From IMG/VR virus record IMGVR_UViG_3300032331_002448, positions 1 through 64,000 of that record: a stretch of 64,000 nucleotides of DNA; one strand, 5' to 3'. The notes beneath the pieces are model-generated. The model did no database searches. It was not told the origin of the DNA and saw only the letters and a list, made by a program, of their open reading frames with translations. The position numbers were made by a program, and so were the translations under genes. The stretch comes from a virus. Positions 8,633-19,441 of the stretch are shown in pieces. Numbering within the stretch: position 1 is the stretch's first letter; each line of letters starts with the position of its first letter.

Positions 8633-9424
8633 TCACCTTTCAAAAGAAATCCACCAACCTGAGTTGTAATCCTCAAAATTCCAACGATTTCGGAAGAAAT
8701 TTCGTGGGTAGTGGACCGCTTCTCCGTTGGGATCTTCATAGGTGCCACGCAGGTAAGAAAACTTTCCTAGTGGATCGTTAGCAATGTATCGTTTCTTGTT
8801 TTCATCGTAGCCTACGACTGTAATCCAGTGCCCTTCGCCATGGACGTTGTAGCCGTCTCCTTCATTAAGAACGCAACAGATCAAAGGAACTGACATATCA
8901 ATAGCTCGCTTGACGTAAGAAAGATTGCCGTCCTTACGGTAAGTAGCTTGGATGTTAAGGCTCCTTAAGAAATCAATGTTGGCATGAGGAGATTCATGTC
9001 CACCAAACTTTTGCACGCCTTCATAGTATTCATCAGGGTGTGCAATTTTACCTGGCTTTAAAAACATTGCAACTGATGCGCAACATAAATAAAGAGAGGT
9101 TCTATAACCGCCTTCATGAATAGATTTTTGTTTAAAGTATGGAACGTGAAGATGCAACTTGCCAACTTCAGTCGTAATAATCTGCTTATCAATAGTTAAA
9201 GGACGCTCATCTAATCCTTGCCAATTCTTATCTTTAATCCACCACTCACCAAGAGATCCTAGATCTACATGAGTGTACTCATCTTTAGATGCTAAAACCT
9301 TACATTTATAGGCACGATTGCGATAGATTTTTACTTTCTTATCAGAAGGTAAATCAAAAGTTTCAATAGGTTCTTTCTTTAAAAATGTAGTGCATTTAGA
9401 AACAATGGTAATTGTTTGAGCCAT
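8633..9424 (-). CDS. Peptidase C39-like protein
   Basis: LHVPYFKQ, GHWITVVGYD, ANDPLG. Confidence 0.7.
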   Translation of the reverse strand: MAQTITIVSKCTTFLKKEPIETFDLPSDKKVKIYRNRAYKCKVLASKDEYTHVDLGSLGEWWIKDKNWQGLDERPLTIDKQIITTEVGKLHLHVPYFKQKSIHEGGYRTSLYLCCASVAMFLKPGKIAHPDEYYEGVQKFGGHESPHANIDFLRSLNIQATYRKDGNLSYVKRAIDMSVPLICCVLNEGDGYNVHGEGHWITVVGYDENKKRYIANDPLGKFSYLRGTYEDPNGEAVHYPRNFFRNRWNFEDYNSGWWISFER

Positions 9425-9436
9425 TGCAGGCTAAAA

Positions 9437-11677
9437 TCATGCTGTTTGATAAGTAATCGTAGCAGTAAATGTTGCGGCTGTATCCATTGCAAGTGCAGCT
9501 GCCGTGCCATTGTTAACAGAGTTAATAGTTCCCGTTGTAGCGTTAGCAGTTACTAAGACAACTGGAATACCTGTAATGGTTAAATTGTTAGCGTAAGCTA
9601 CTGTTGTCGGGTTAAGGTTGGTAACGTTTGCAGAAGTAAACGGCAAACCGCTGATGGTCATATTGCCTGTACCTGTATGCGCCGACCAAGTAAGGTTCAG
9701 GTGTACTGTAACTGTGTTTCCAATTTTTGTGTACCTACCAACTTGCACTGAATAGGTTCCAGCACCTGCAAGTGTTGTGCCTGCAATTGCTGGTGTCCAA
9801 GTTCCTTCTTCGTAATCATCTAATGTATTAACATCCGTACAAGCTACTTGAGTAGCAGGGAATGTAACACCATTAGAAACTTGAAGTACACCGCCATTTG
9901 CAGTAGTAGTTGTAGTGCCGACTAATAGGTTACCAGTGGAGGCATCAAGACGCATCCGCTCAGTAACGGTGCCCGCTCCATCACTGCTTACTGTACTTTG
10001 AGTGGAAATTTGAAGCGACCCATCTCCAGCTTGTCTAATTCTGGATGTAAAGAAGTTAGCCCCACTTGCAGTCCAACTTGTAAGATTTAAATCGGTAGCA
10101 TTCCCAGAAACAGGAATTGTTCCGACTGAAATTGATCCATAAACAGTACCGCTACCATTTAAAAGAACATGATAAACTCCTGTTTGAAAACCAGATGTTG
10201 AAGTTGTACCGACCAATAACCTACCAGAACTATCAATGCGAACACGTTCTGTAGGCGTTGCTGCTCCATCAGCAGTAGTAAAGAACACAAGGCGCCCTGG
10301 CATATCATTAGCACCTGGGGTGCCATCTACAAATGCTTCAATGCGTGCAGCTTCTTCAAAGTTTGTACCATCATTGCCATTAAAAGATATTACGCCTAAG
10401 CGATTACCGCTGGAAACAAGTGCATTAGTTCCAATAGTGGCGCTACCTGACAGTCCAAACGTCAATGCTGGCGCAAAGCCGCCCGTTGCATAATTGATTA
10501 AACCTAAGCCAGTGTTCCAAGATGCTGTATTTGTCACAAATTGAGCACCTGGTGTAAAATCAGTTCCGAATCGAGCAACATTACTGATTGCGCTAGACGT
10601 GCCAACTAATAACCTGCCAGAACTGTCAATCCGCAATGATTCAGCATTGTTAACTCTAGCAATAAACGGAGCAGTAGAAGCAGCAGAATTAATTACAACT
10701 TGCCCCGAGTCCTGAACAGAGAACCGTAAAGCAGTGCTTGTAGAGTTATAGCAATAGTGGAAGTATGCAAGCCCGCCGGAACTACTTGTAGAAAGATCAG
10801 CGTAGTAACAATAACCGTTTGTAGAAGCTCCTAAGTTTTTTGTTAGCTTTGCGTGAAAGTTGGTCTGCGTGTTATAGATTCCGTTTACATCTGCATAATA
10901 ACCCGTAATGCTTTCAAGGTTGCTTTGAGTTTTAACAAATTCAACGCCATAATGCGTTGCAGCTCCTAAATTATTTGGAGTAGCACCAATAAGTTTTAAC
11001 GTAGAAAAAGTAGATACACCTGTACTGCTATTAATTCCAGAAATTGTTAAACCAGCTGTATTCGTATCGTTGCATTGAATATAAGTTCTTGATGTTCCTG
11101 GACTTGCAGTTCCAATCCCAACATTTCCACTTGCATCTACAAACAACCGCCCTGTACCAGCAGTAGATAAAGCAAGCTGGTTAGTACCCGGGCTATACAG
11201 ACCGTTATTTGTGTTGTTTAAATATACTCCTGAACCGGTAAATAACGGACCTAAAGAACCATTTAAAGCAACACCAACGGTACCTGAACTAACTTTATAA
11301 AATCCTGTACTTTTCTCGCTAGCAAATGTAATGCTTGGTGCAGAAGCAGAACCGTCAGGGAAATCTGCGCCAACATTAATATAATCAGCACCAGCAAGAA
11401 CAACGCCCCAGAAAGCTTCTCCCGTTTTGGGAGCAGAGCTAAAAACAATATTGCTACCAGAGAATCTAAAACCTTCTGCGCCTGTTGGGTCTGGTTTTTG
11501 TGGAACACCACCAACAGAAATTAAAACGTTCTGTTCGTTTACAGGAAACGGAACTGGCGTAATACCGTTAACACGCAAAGGGAACGACGTTGTTGTGCCG
11601 TTAAAACTTGCAGTCAAGCTGTCAATTAACAGGTAGCTTGAATATGCTGCTTGTAAGTTGTTCCCTAAGTAACCCAC
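9437..11677 (-). CDS. Tail fibre protein
   Basis: MGYLGN start, FNGTTTSF.L, repeated RIDSSGRLLVGT modules, LDDYEEGTWTP C-terminal domain. Confidence 0.85.
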   Translation of the reverse strand: MGYLGNNLQAAYSSYLLIDSLTASFNGTTTSFPLRVNGITPVPFPVNEQNVLISVGGVPQKPDPTGAEGFRFSGSNIVFSSAPKTGEAFWGVVLAGADYINVGADFPDGSASAPSITFASEKSTGFYKVSSGTVGVALNGSLGPLFTGSGVYLNNTNNGLYSPGTNQLALSTAGTGRLFVDASGNVGIGTASPGTSRTYIQCNDTNTAGLTISGINSSTGVSTFSTLKLIGATPNNLGAATHYGVEFVKTQSNLESITGYYADVNGIYNTQTNFHAKLTKNLGASTNGYCYYADLSTSSSGGLAYFHYCYNSTSTALRFSVQDSGQVVINSAASTAPFIARVNNAESLRIDSSGRLLVGTSSAISNVARFGTDFTPGAQFVTNTASWNTGLGLINYATGGFAPALTFGLSGSATIGTNALVSSGNRLGVISFNGNDGTNFEEAARIEAFVDGTPGANDMPGRLVFFTTADGAATPTERVRIDSSGRLLVGTTSTSGFQTGVYHVLLNGSGTVYGSISVGTIPVSGNATDLNLTSWTASGANFFTSRIRQAGDGSLQISTQSTVSSDGAGTVTERMRLDASTGNLLVGTTTTTANGGVLQVSNGVTFPATQVACTDVNTLDDYEEGTWTPAIAGTTLAGAGTYSVQVGRYTKIGNTVTVHLNLTWSAHTGTGNMTISGLPFTSANVTNLNPTTVAYANNLTITGIPVVLVTANATTGTINSVNNGTAAALAMDTAATFTATITYQTA

Positions 11678-11679
11678 GG

Positions 11680-12264
11680 TTATGCTTCCTCTGTAATATC
11701 AATTGTAGCCTCAACAGGCTCTGGCGTGATCAGACTTTCTGTTTCAACAACAGGAATCACTTCTCCAACAACTTCTGTTTCAATTACAACTTCAAAAAGT
11801 TCAATTGGAACTCTTTCTTCTACAACAATTTCTTCTGTAGTTTCCTCAATAACTGCACGTTCTTCTAACACGTTTTCAGGAGTTTCCACTGGAACCTCAT
11901 CTTCCTCCTTGCGTGTATTAGGCCCTGCTGTAGAAGGTTTTTCTGGCCACACAATTTCTAATGGATCACACCCTTCAAAAGTTTGAGGAATGTCCCTAAG
12001 GATCTGCCGGTACACAGCCCAGGCATGTTGATCTACAGTACAGCCCGGAATCATTGTCCAGTCTGAACTGTGCAAAGCTTTATTGCGTTTTTCTAAAGCT
12101 TGTTTCCAACTGTACGGTTGAACACCGGGATCAGGAAATGGCGTATTGCCTTCTTCTAACCATTGAAGATAAACAATGTAATCACCATTTGTTTCATCTG
12201 CAGGAATGCAAGCATTGTCCTCAAGACGAATAACAAAATTAGTAGCAGTAAGTTGATAACTCAT
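11680..12264 (-). CDS. Tail fibre assembly chaperone-like protein with acidic tail
   Basis: IP.D..N.DY..YL.W...GN.P; RN..L..SDWT..WA.YRQ.LRDIPQ..WP.KP. Confidence 0.8.
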   Translation of the reverse strand: MSYQLTATNFVIRLEDNACIPADETNGDYIVYLQWLEEGNTPFPDPGVQPYSWKQALEKRNKALHSSDWTMIPGCTVDQHAWAVYRQILRDIPQTFEGCDPLEIVWPEKPSTAGPNTRKEEDEVPVETPENVLEERAVIEETTEEIVVEERVPIELFEVVIETEVVGEVIPVVETESLITPEPVEATIDITEEA

Positions 12265-13151
12265 TATGCAACCTCAGCGGAAATAGAAAGAGTTTGAACG
12301 GCAGCCGTTGTCTGATAATATAAACCACTATTTGCATCTTGAGTTCCAGTAGGTTCTGCAGTAAATCCAGTTCCTCCGCCTGTAATAGTTGGCGTTGCTC
12401 TCATCGTAACTTTATAGTAAAAAGGAGCATAATCAGTTGCACTGGTAAACACTTTCTGTGTCAGTGCTTGAAAATACCTCTGACACGTCCTAAGCAAATC
12501 TCCATACTCCCTAGGCTCAAACGTACTAGCAACTAAACCTTCTTCAAGCTGTACATCGCCGATTGTCCAAGTACCGCTTGTTTGTGCTCCAACTGTAAAC
12601 AGAATCTCAATGCCAGTGGTAGCAGCAGCTGGCACAGCAAACGATGCCGTAAACCTTGTTAATGTGCTAGAAACTGTAAAGGTTCCTGTAGCAATCTGAG
12701 TTTTAGTTGGAGTACCAATCGTACCAAAAGTATCTGCTGTAGTAGCGTAAGAGGCTGTCCAAGTAACTGTTGTCAACAAAGAGTTGGCAAGGTCAACACT
12801 TAATGTTGCGTTATCGCTGACAAGATCATAAGAGTTGAGTCGCTCAATTCGCTGCCCAACACCAACAGCAGTAACCGATGCACCTCCTGTAATCTGCAGT
12901 CGGTTCTGCGTTCCGCCTGTACCAGCAACCTGCGCAGCAGTTACGTTAGCGCCAGTGGAATAAACAAACCACCGATCAACACAGGGATAGCCTGTGCTTG
13001 CTGTAGGAACGGTTGTACCAGCTGTAACGGTAGCCGAGGCCCCACGCTGAGCTACGCGCATACCACCGTTGATTAAACGGTTTCGGAACGGTCCTACAAC
13101 GTTATAAACGTTTGCATTTAAACCATCAGCATCAATTTTAGTAAGCGCCAT
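12264..13151 (-). CDS. Tail fibre / carbohydrate-binding virion protein
   Basis: FRNRLINGGMRVAQRG..DRW..VQLEEG..STFE..CQRYF. Confidence 0.8.
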   Translation of the reverse strand: MALTKIDADGLNANVYNVVGPFRNRLINGGMRVAQRGASATVTAGTTVPTASTGYPCVDRWFVYSTGANVTAAQVAGTGGTQNRLQITGGASVTAVGVGQRIERLNSYDLVSDNATLSVDLANSLLTTVTWTASYATTADTFGTIGTPTKTQIATGTFTVSSTLTRFTASFAVPAAATTGIEILFTVGAQTSGTWTIGDVQLEEGLVASTFEPREYGDLLRTCQRYFQALTQKVFTSATDYAPFYYKVTMRATPTITGGGTGFTAEPTGTQDANSGLYYQTTAAVQTLSISAEVA

Positions 13152-13495
13152 CAGGTTTGCTGCAGATAGCTAACGGTAACGTCTAATGCACTGGCAGTAT
13201 CAGAACTAGCCCGCAAAACATCGCTAGCGTTCATAATGATTTTACTGCCAGAAATCATTTCCAAAGAAGAGCCTGCAGGAATTGGCGCATTCTTAATTAA
13301 GAAAACAGCGTCACCAGTATTGGGAAGCAGATAAACATTTCCCAAAGCACTGCTACCAGTTTTGTTTGAAATTAAAACGCTAAGGATAATTAACGTTGCT
13401 CCACCGCTAACTGTGACAACATTAGTAGTTGAACTGGATGTTACATCCGCAGTTAGAAGGCTGGACTTTGTGGTTTTTGTAAATGTATTTGCCAT
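13151..13495 (-). CDS. Small virion structural protein
   Basis: MANTF..IKNAPIPAGSSLE..LDVTVSYL. Confidence 0.7.
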   Translation of the reverse strand: MANTFTKTTKSSLLTADVTSSSTTNVVTVSGGATLIILSVLISNKTGSSALGNVYLLPNTGDAVFLIKNAPIPAGSSLEMISGSKIIMNASDVLRASSDTASALDVTVSYLQQT

Positions 13496-13496
13496 G

Positions 13497-13901
13497 TCAG
13501 CCTAGGGCAACGATAAGAGCAAGGTTGTCTGTAGAGTTAAACGATCCGCTGATAGAAACGTTACCAGTAATGTTCACGTTGCCAGGGATAGTCACTGCGC
13601 CTGATGCATCTATTGTAAGTCCTGCAACACCTCCAGTAACAAGTGATAACCATCCTTGGCTGGGACTATAAATACCAGTGCTTGTGCTATTAGCAAATTT
13701 AATTGCTGGAGCAGCTAACGTACCTGATGCAAGCAGTGCGTTACTAAAATCTTCCCTAAGTAGAGGATAGCCGCCAAGTGTGGTACCGTCATTAACAACA
13801 ACAGTATTCTTAATTGTGTCAACAACAACTTCACCAAGGGCTCCAATAAAGCCGCTGATTTCTGGAGTTGTGCCCCTACGGAATTGTACTTGAGTTGCCA
13901 T
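13497..13901 (-). CDS. Virion protein with Mtd_N-like N-terminus
   Basis: QVQFRRGTT..F.GA.GEV.VDT....VV.DG...GG.PL. Confidence 0.75.
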   Translation of the reverse strand: MATQVQFRRGTTPEISGFIGALGEVVVDTIKNTVVVNDGTTLGGYPLLREDFSNALLASGTLAAPAIKFANSTSTGIYSPSQGWLSLVTGGVAGLTIDASGAVTIPGNVNITGNVSISGSFNSTDNLALIVALG

Positions 13902-13905
13902 AATA

Positions 13906-15624
13906 CTATCCTAACGCAATTGCAATTGCAATAGCAAAGTCTTGAGAAGCAAGAGTTGCAGTTTCATCTGGCATAGTTAAAACCCTGTTTGCAGTTAATG
14001 TTGTTGGCGTAATTGTTACAGCATAAGTGCTAGTACCTCCAGCTCGCCCTGTAACAATAATGCCATCTTGTGTAGCGGTCTGTCTAAAAGTTTGACCGGT
14101 TGCATTAGTAAATGTATTGGCGCCAGTGAACGCATTATTACTAGCTAAGTAAGCAATTGTACCGCCTGCACCAAAAGCAATACTTGAACCATCTGTTCCA
14201 GTAAACGTCAGTGTATTGGATACGGTTAACGTTTTACCATCAGCAATGGTTAAGGTTGCGCCTGTTGCTGGTGCAGTAATTGTTACTTTGTTAATTGTTG
14301 TTGCAGAAGCAACACCTAGGCTGGGAGTAACAAGAGACGGCGATGTAGCAAAAACTAACGATCCGCTACCTGTTTCATCACTGATAACACCAGCAAGTTG
14401 AGATGAAGTAGTAGAAGAAAAGAATGAAAGATTGTTAACACTTAAAGCAACGGTGCCTGTAGCATCTTGTAGTGTGACAGTTCTTGTGCCAGTTGGATTT
14501 GTAACAACAAGCTTGGTGCTATTTACAGTTGCAGTTGTTCCTTGAAAAACTAAACTACTTGTAGTTCCATCAAGGTAAAGAGAGTTTGCAGCACCAAGAG
14601 TTCCAGCGTATAACGTAGTTGCGGTTAAAGAAGTCAAACCTGCAACTGTATTGGTGCTACCTCCAAGCGTAATTGAGGTACTACCTAATTGAATGTTTGA
14701 GTTTGCCAGCTGGCTATTAGGAATAGCACTGGTGCCAAACTGTCCAGTTGAAGAACTGTAAGTTAATCCTGAGCCTACAGCGACGCTGAGAGTTCCACGA
14801 ATATTGGCGTCAGTAACAACAGCAAAATCGTAATTTCCAGTTGAAGAGCTATAGGTAAGCGTGCCATAACCTGTACCTGTTGTTGATGCAGTAAAGTTAC
14901 CGCGAATGTTAGCGGCAGTAACAACATTGTAGTTAATTGTGCCTGTTGCACTGTCATAACTGATAGAACCAAAACCTGTACCAGTATTGGTTACACTTAA
15001 TGATGTCAGCAGCGCAAGTGTGCCTGATGCGTTAGGCAGGTTAATGGTGCGTGTTGCTGTTGGATCAACAACACTAAGAGTTGTTTTATTTGCGTCAGCA
15101 GTAGCACCTTCAAAGACAATGCCTGTGCTGCCCAAGGTGATACTGTTTGCTGCTCCAGCAGCGCCTGCAATGACATTGGTGCTGCCAGTTACTGTAAGAG
15201 ATGTAAGAGCTGTAAGACCGCTGATACTGTTACTGGAGCCGCCAAGAGAAACAGATGTACTGCCAAAAGTAACCGAACTGTTGGCGAGCTGGGAATTAGG
15301 GATTGAGCTGGTTCCAAACTGACCTGTTGAAGAGCTGTAGGTTAAACCTGAACCACTGGCAACACTTAATGAACCACGAATGTTTGCATCAGTAACAACA
15401 GTGTAAGTAAAGGTTCCAGTTAAAGTGCTGTATGCAAGAGAACCGTAACCAGTACCAGTATTTGCTGCAGACAACACACCGTAAACACGGCCAGTTGTGT
15501 AATAAAGATTAAGACCTTCAGCAAGATCAGTTGTAGTATTGCCTGCAAAATCAAGTTTGTCTGTCGGTGTATTTACTTCTTGAAATAAACCACTGACTAA
15601 AGCAAGAGCTTTTCTGGTTGCCAT
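13906..15624 (-). CDS. Thr/Ser/Gly-rich tail fibre protein with internal duplication
   Basis: Repeated block TDANIRG.LSVA.GSGLTYSSSTGQFGTS.IPNSQLANS. Confidence 0.8.
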   Translation of the reverse strand: MATRKALALVSGLFQEVNTPTDKLDFAGNTTTDLAEGLNLYYTTGRVYGVLSAANTGTGYGSLAYSTLTGTFTYTVVTDANIRGSLSVASGSGLTYSSSTGQFGTSSIPNSQLANSSVTFGSTSVSLGGSSNSISGLTALTSLTVTGSTNVIAGAAGAANSITLGSTGIVFEGATADANKTTLSVVDPTATRTINLPNASGTLALLTSLSVTNTGTGFGSISYDSATGTINYNVVTAANIRGNFTASTTGTGYGTLTYSSSTGNYDFAVVTDANIRGTLSVAVGSGLTYSSSTGQFGTSAIPNSQLANSNIQLGSTSITLGGSTNTVAGLTSLTATTLYAGTLGAANSLYLDGTTSSLVFQGTTATVNSTKLVVTNPTGTRTVTLQDATGTVALSVNNLSFFSSTTSSQLAGVISDETGSGSLVFATSPSLVTPSLGVASATTINKVTITAPATGATLTIADGKTLTVSNTLTFTGTDGSSIAFGAGGTIAYLASNNAFTGANTFTNATGQTFRQTATQDGIIVTGRAGGTSTYAVTITPTTLTANRVLTMPDETATLASQDFAIAIAIALG

Positions 15625-15626
15625 GG

Positions 15627-16154
15627 TTAACTTAACTTAATCGTAGGTTCCAATTGAATTGAGAACCGAGTAGAAGAAACAGCCTGACCAACGCTAACAA
15701 CATATTTACCAGCACCAGAAGGAGCAACATTTGTGATTGCGCCAGGTGTGGTAGCAGACAGGTAGTAGTAATCCCCTACGTCTAAACCAGTTAAACCAAA
15801 AACACCAGCAACTAAAATTTGAATTTGATTGCCAACAGTTTGAGTTTCATTGGCAAATCCAATTACATGTGATTCGTTTTCTGTTCCAGAAGCAACAGCT
15901 GGGTATGCTGCGCCAGTAGTTTGATCTAAGTAGACAGCTTGCCCTTGGTTAATTGTGGTGCCAGCAGCGGTTTTAAACCCAACTTCTGGTGCAACATAAA
16001 CAGGAAATCCTTCCTTTAAATCAATAATGGCATCAACAAGACCGCGATAATTAGGAGCGTATGGTTCTCGCGTCATTGCAAAACCGTTACCTGACATCAA
16101 GTCAACAAGGGCTTCAATGGCACCTACTATGTTGGGATCGTAGGTGGCCGTCAC
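15627..16154 (-). CDS. Virion structural protein
   Basis: GL.VG..YYLS...PGAIT..APS motif; GTG start. Confidence 0.7.
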   Translation of the reverse strand: MTATYDPNIVGAIEALVDLMSGNGFAMTREPYAPNYRGLVDAIIDLKEGFPVYVAPEVGFKTAAGTTINQGQAVYLDQTTGAAYPAVASGTENESHVIGFANETQTVGNQIQILVAGVFGLTGLDVGDYYYLSATTPGAITNVAPSGAGKYVVSVGQAVSSTRFSIQLEPTIKLS

Positions 16155-16225
16155 TTGCTCTTTACTTCTAAACGTATTCTAAGTTGTTGAATCCCCTAGA
16201 ATAGTAAAAGCAGTTCAAGTTTAGA

Positions 16226-16483
16226 ATGTCGTTTGAGAATATCTTAGCGGCTGTATCTGGCGCTATTGGCGCATTTATTGGTATCAATAAAGCTTATAGC
16301 AATTTTCAAGATCGTTTAGATCAACGCTTTCGTAATATTGAAGATGATCTTGCAACATTAGAGGATCGTGTGATTCGTGACTATGTTTTAAAAGAAGATT
16401 TCCGAAGAGAAATGGAATCAGTTCACAAAAAACTTGACAGAATCCTTGACCGATTAATGGCATCAGGAACCCACTTGGGTTAA
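16226..16483 (+). CDS. Small membrane/coiled-coil protein
   Basis: N-terminal hydrophobic helix, then YV.KEDF..LDRI coiled coil; TAGAAT box upstream. Confidence 0.65.
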   Translation: MSFENILAAVSGAIGAFIGINKAYSNFQDRLDQRFRNIEDDLATLEDRVIRDYVLKEDFRREMESVHKKLDRILDRLMASGTHLG

Positions 16484-16893
16484 ATAAGTGTCCAGCTTGA
16501 GGTGCTAGTAAGATAAATATAAAGTCCAGTACCTTCTACATAGTGCAGTTGGCCATTAACAGGTCCAGCGGGAAATGATGCCCCTACCGAAGCAACAGCT
16601 TTACCAATTTGCCAGCTGCTGCCATCATAGATTTTAAAAATCTGACTGCTTGCTGTATCAAGCCAAGACTCACCTTTAGATAAAGAAATGTAACCAATAG
16701 GAGTTGAGTTGGGAGCTGTAGCACCTATAGCAATAGGTCCAGCTTTAACTAAAGAAGAATTAACACTGTCAGCAAAGAAAAGACCAGGATCGCCAGCATT
16801 GAGATTTACAGCAAGTTCAGCCAATCCTAAACGGTTAGGAAATGGCCTGTCATATAAAATCGTGGAACGACGACTAAGAATTTGAACAGTCAT
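16480..16893 (-). CDS. Virion structural protein
   Basis: GESWLDT....KIYDGSSW tail-type motif. Confidence 0.7.
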   Translation of the reverse strand: MTVQILSRRSTILYDRPFPNRLGLAELAVNLNAGDPGLFFADSVNSSLVKAGPIAIGATAPNSTPIGYISLSKGESWLDTASSQIFKIYDGSSWQIGKAVASVGASFPAGPVNGQLHYVEGTGLYIYLTSTSSWTLI

Positions 16894-16895
16894 TA

Positions 16896-19433
16896 TTAGT
16901 AAGTGCCAGCATCAAGAACAAACTCTTGAGGGATACTAGGATCATAAGTTAAACAATCAAGAACAGTTACAGTTGCAGGATCTTCTGTTGGCGGATAACA
17001 GTTTACAATTCCTGATGTAGTTGCAAATGTCGTGGTAGATACAACAGTAAATGTTGTAGCTGTTACCGCTGTGATTCTTAAAATTGCATTTTCAGCTGTG
17101 CCAGTAACAATTTCCAAATAGACAGTGGTTCCAATTTGCAAGTTATGGAACACAGGAGTAGTAACTACAATGTCTGCTCCAACTTGAACATAAGTTGCAT
17201 TTGAGAAATTAAATCCTGAAGTTCTAGAGCCAACACTAGAAAAAGGTAAACCATTTAAATATAATCCATTATCAAGCAATCCGTACTGATAAGTTGTATC
17301 ATAATTGTACAAAGGCTGGTCAAGCATCCCAAAGTTTTCGCCAAGAATCTGACTAGGTTCAACGTTGATAAGCTTGCTCATCATCGCCGACATTCTTTGT
17401 GTGCTGTTTTGTAAAACTCCAGCCCTATTTAAACTTCCTGTTTCATCTCGACGGATGTTGTCCGTCATCATCATGGAAACAAGTTGCGTATCGTAATTAG
17501 CTACTTGCTCTGGTTGACTTGAAGTGTTAGTAACTTGCAAGCTACCAACCCACTTCATGCCCTGCTTCATCATCAACAACCGTTCAGCTGCTTGCCTAAG
17601 CCGGTTATTTTCTTTATTAAAGTTCTTATAGAAGGTATCAAGATCTTCACCGATAGGTTTATCGCTGGGTTCTAGCAACCATTGATCAATAAACTGGTGA
17701 CGCCTAATATTTGTTACAGAACAATAACCATTAGTTGTAGAGCTAAATGGATAAACAATCTTAAATGTATTGTTGTTAACAACCTCGGTTACTGTGTACT
17801 CTCCAGATATAGCAGAACCGCTAGTAAAAGTTACTTCAATTTTTCCGTTAGCACCTAACCCGTGGTTTTCAATTGTAATTAAAATGTTAGCGCCAGTTTG
17901 TTGGTAAGTTCCTGAACCAAGTATTGGAGCATTGCCTTCATCATGATTAATTGAAAACAAAGCAGCATAGATATGTTTGCACCAACGGAACTGATAATAC
18001 TTTAAATTGTTATAAGAAGTTGCAGAAACATCGTTATAATTAGGAGTATCATAAAAGTTTGCTACTGTTGCAATATAACCAAGATCACTAAATGTTCCAG
18101 GTTCATCACGTACATCCGAAATAGAGTTATCTTTATTTACTTTTTGTCCTGGCTTGACTGAAGTAATTGCAGTGACTGGAAATTTATTATTGGTATTTTC
18201 ACTGAATAAATTATATCCAGAGCGACGGCTGTAGTCTTGGCAAGTACACTGATAACGAACTTCGGTTGTCAAGAATCTGCCGACAGTAAATCCACGATAA
18301 GCCGGAGCAATTATTTCTGTTTTACTGTCAGTTGTTTTTGCGCTGTAACTATCATCACGTTGAAAGATTAATTCAGTTGTAGTGTAATCAACTCCAGTTA
18401 ATGTGTAACCTGCGTAGTCTTTGTAATCGTATCCAGGAATCAAACGGTTGATGATTAAGTTACCGCTTGTAGTTCCACTATCTGAAGTTGTGAACTGCAG
18501 TTGTGTTGGGCTAGTAACTGTAACTTCGTATTGTTTTGAAGTGACGCCTCCACTTGTAACAACTGCAAAAACCGTGTTTCCAGTTGCAAGGCCATGAGGA
18601 CTGACGCAGTTGGCAGTAACAGTAGTTCCTGTTCTGCTGTAAATAGCAAAAACTCCAGGGTCTTTTTCAACTACTCGATCTACTAATCGTTCATTAATAA
18701 AAAAAGGAATAGGCGGAAAAATTGCACGAAGTTTAACTCTGGTTTCGTTCCAATTTAAATCATCAAATGTTGTAGCAGTTTTAATATCAACGGATCCTAG
18801 CGTTACTGTTCCGCCTGTAACTGTGCAGGTAAATGTATCAGTTGTTACGGTTGCAATTGTTAAAGTTGCCGTGGATGCGCCGCCACTTGTTATAACTAAT
18901 GTAACAGTATCGCCAACTGAGTAACCATGGTCAGCTATTGTGACTGTTAATGTTGTTGCAGTCTGAGTGTAAGTTCCGCTTTTGACTGTTTTTAAATAAC
19001 GAACCGCAAGAATAGATAAACCAAAGTTGTAAAAGTTAAATCCGTTAGCATCTCTTATGCCAACAATTTGTTCATTAATTTCTTCATGAGCTGTAGGAAA
19101 TGTAAATACACGCGCAGGAATGTACACACCAGGAAACAACTGGTACGCACAGTACATCCTGAAGTCACCGTAAGAAGCTCGTTCAGTTGCGTACGAACCT
19201 AAAACACTTTGTGTAATCGTGTACAACTCATAGCCACGCCTCCAACGTGCCCACAAAGAATCACGATCGTAAAATCTGATCCTACTTTTAAAATCGTCGG
19301 ACCTTGGCGTAAACTTAAACGGATTATCTATTGCTTTGTAAGCTTCAATTCCATCAACAGGTTTACCTGGAGAATTAAATCCTTGAGCAAATCCAGAACT
19401 AAAGTTCCTGGTAAACCCGTTAATTCGAGCCAC
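16896..19433 (-). CDS. Large virion protein with beta repeats and a split SWIM-like Zn finger
   Basis: Repeats TVT...HG...G..V....TSG; YQCTCQDY...WCKHIY. Confidence 0.75.
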   Translation of the reverse strand: MARINGFTRNFSSGFAQGFNSPGKPVDGIEAYKAIDNPFKFTPRSDDFKSRIRFYDRDSLWARWRRGYELYTITQSVLGSYATERASYGDFRMYCAYQLFPGVYIPARVFTFPTAHEEINEQIVGIRDANGFNFYNFGLSILAVRYLKTVKSGTYTQTATTLTVTIADHGYSVGDTVTLVITSGGASTATLTIATVTTDTFTCTVTGGTVTLGSVDIKTATTFDDLNWNETRVKLRAIFPPIPFFINERLVDRVVEKDPGVFAIYSRTGTTVTANCVSPHGLATGNTVFAVVTSGGVTSKQYEVTVTSPTQLQFTTSDSGTTSGNLIINRLIPGYDYKDYAGYTLTGVDYTTTELIFQRDDSYSAKTTDSKTEIIAPAYRGFTVGRFLTTEVRYQCTCQDYSRRSGYNLFSENTNNKFPVTAITSVKPGQKVNKDNSISDVRDEPGTFSDLGYIATVANFYDTPNYNDVSATSYNNLKYYQFRWCKHIYAALFSINHDEGNAPILGSGTYQQTGANILITIENHGLGANGKIEVTFTSGSAISGEYTVTEVVNNNTFKIVYPFSSTTNGYCSVTNIRRHQFIDQWLLEPSDKPIGEDLDTFYKNFNKENNRLRQAAERLLMMKQGMKWVGSLQVTNTSSQPEQVANYDTQLVSMMMTDNIRRDETGSLNRAGVLQNSTQRMSAMMSKLINVEPSQILGENFGMLDQPLYNYDTTYQYGLLDNGLYLNGLPFSSVGSRTSGFNFSNATYVQVGADIVVTTPVFHNLQIGTTVYLEIVTGTAENAILRITAVTATTFTVVSTTTFATTSGIVNCYPPTEDPATVTVLDCLTYDPSIPQEFVLDAGTY

Positions 19434-19441
19434 AAATTACC

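Noticed and set aside
13497-13901. Diversity-generating retroelement suggested by the Mtd-like N-terminus
   Set aside because: No reverse transcriptase and no TR/VR pair with adenine-specific mismatches was seen.
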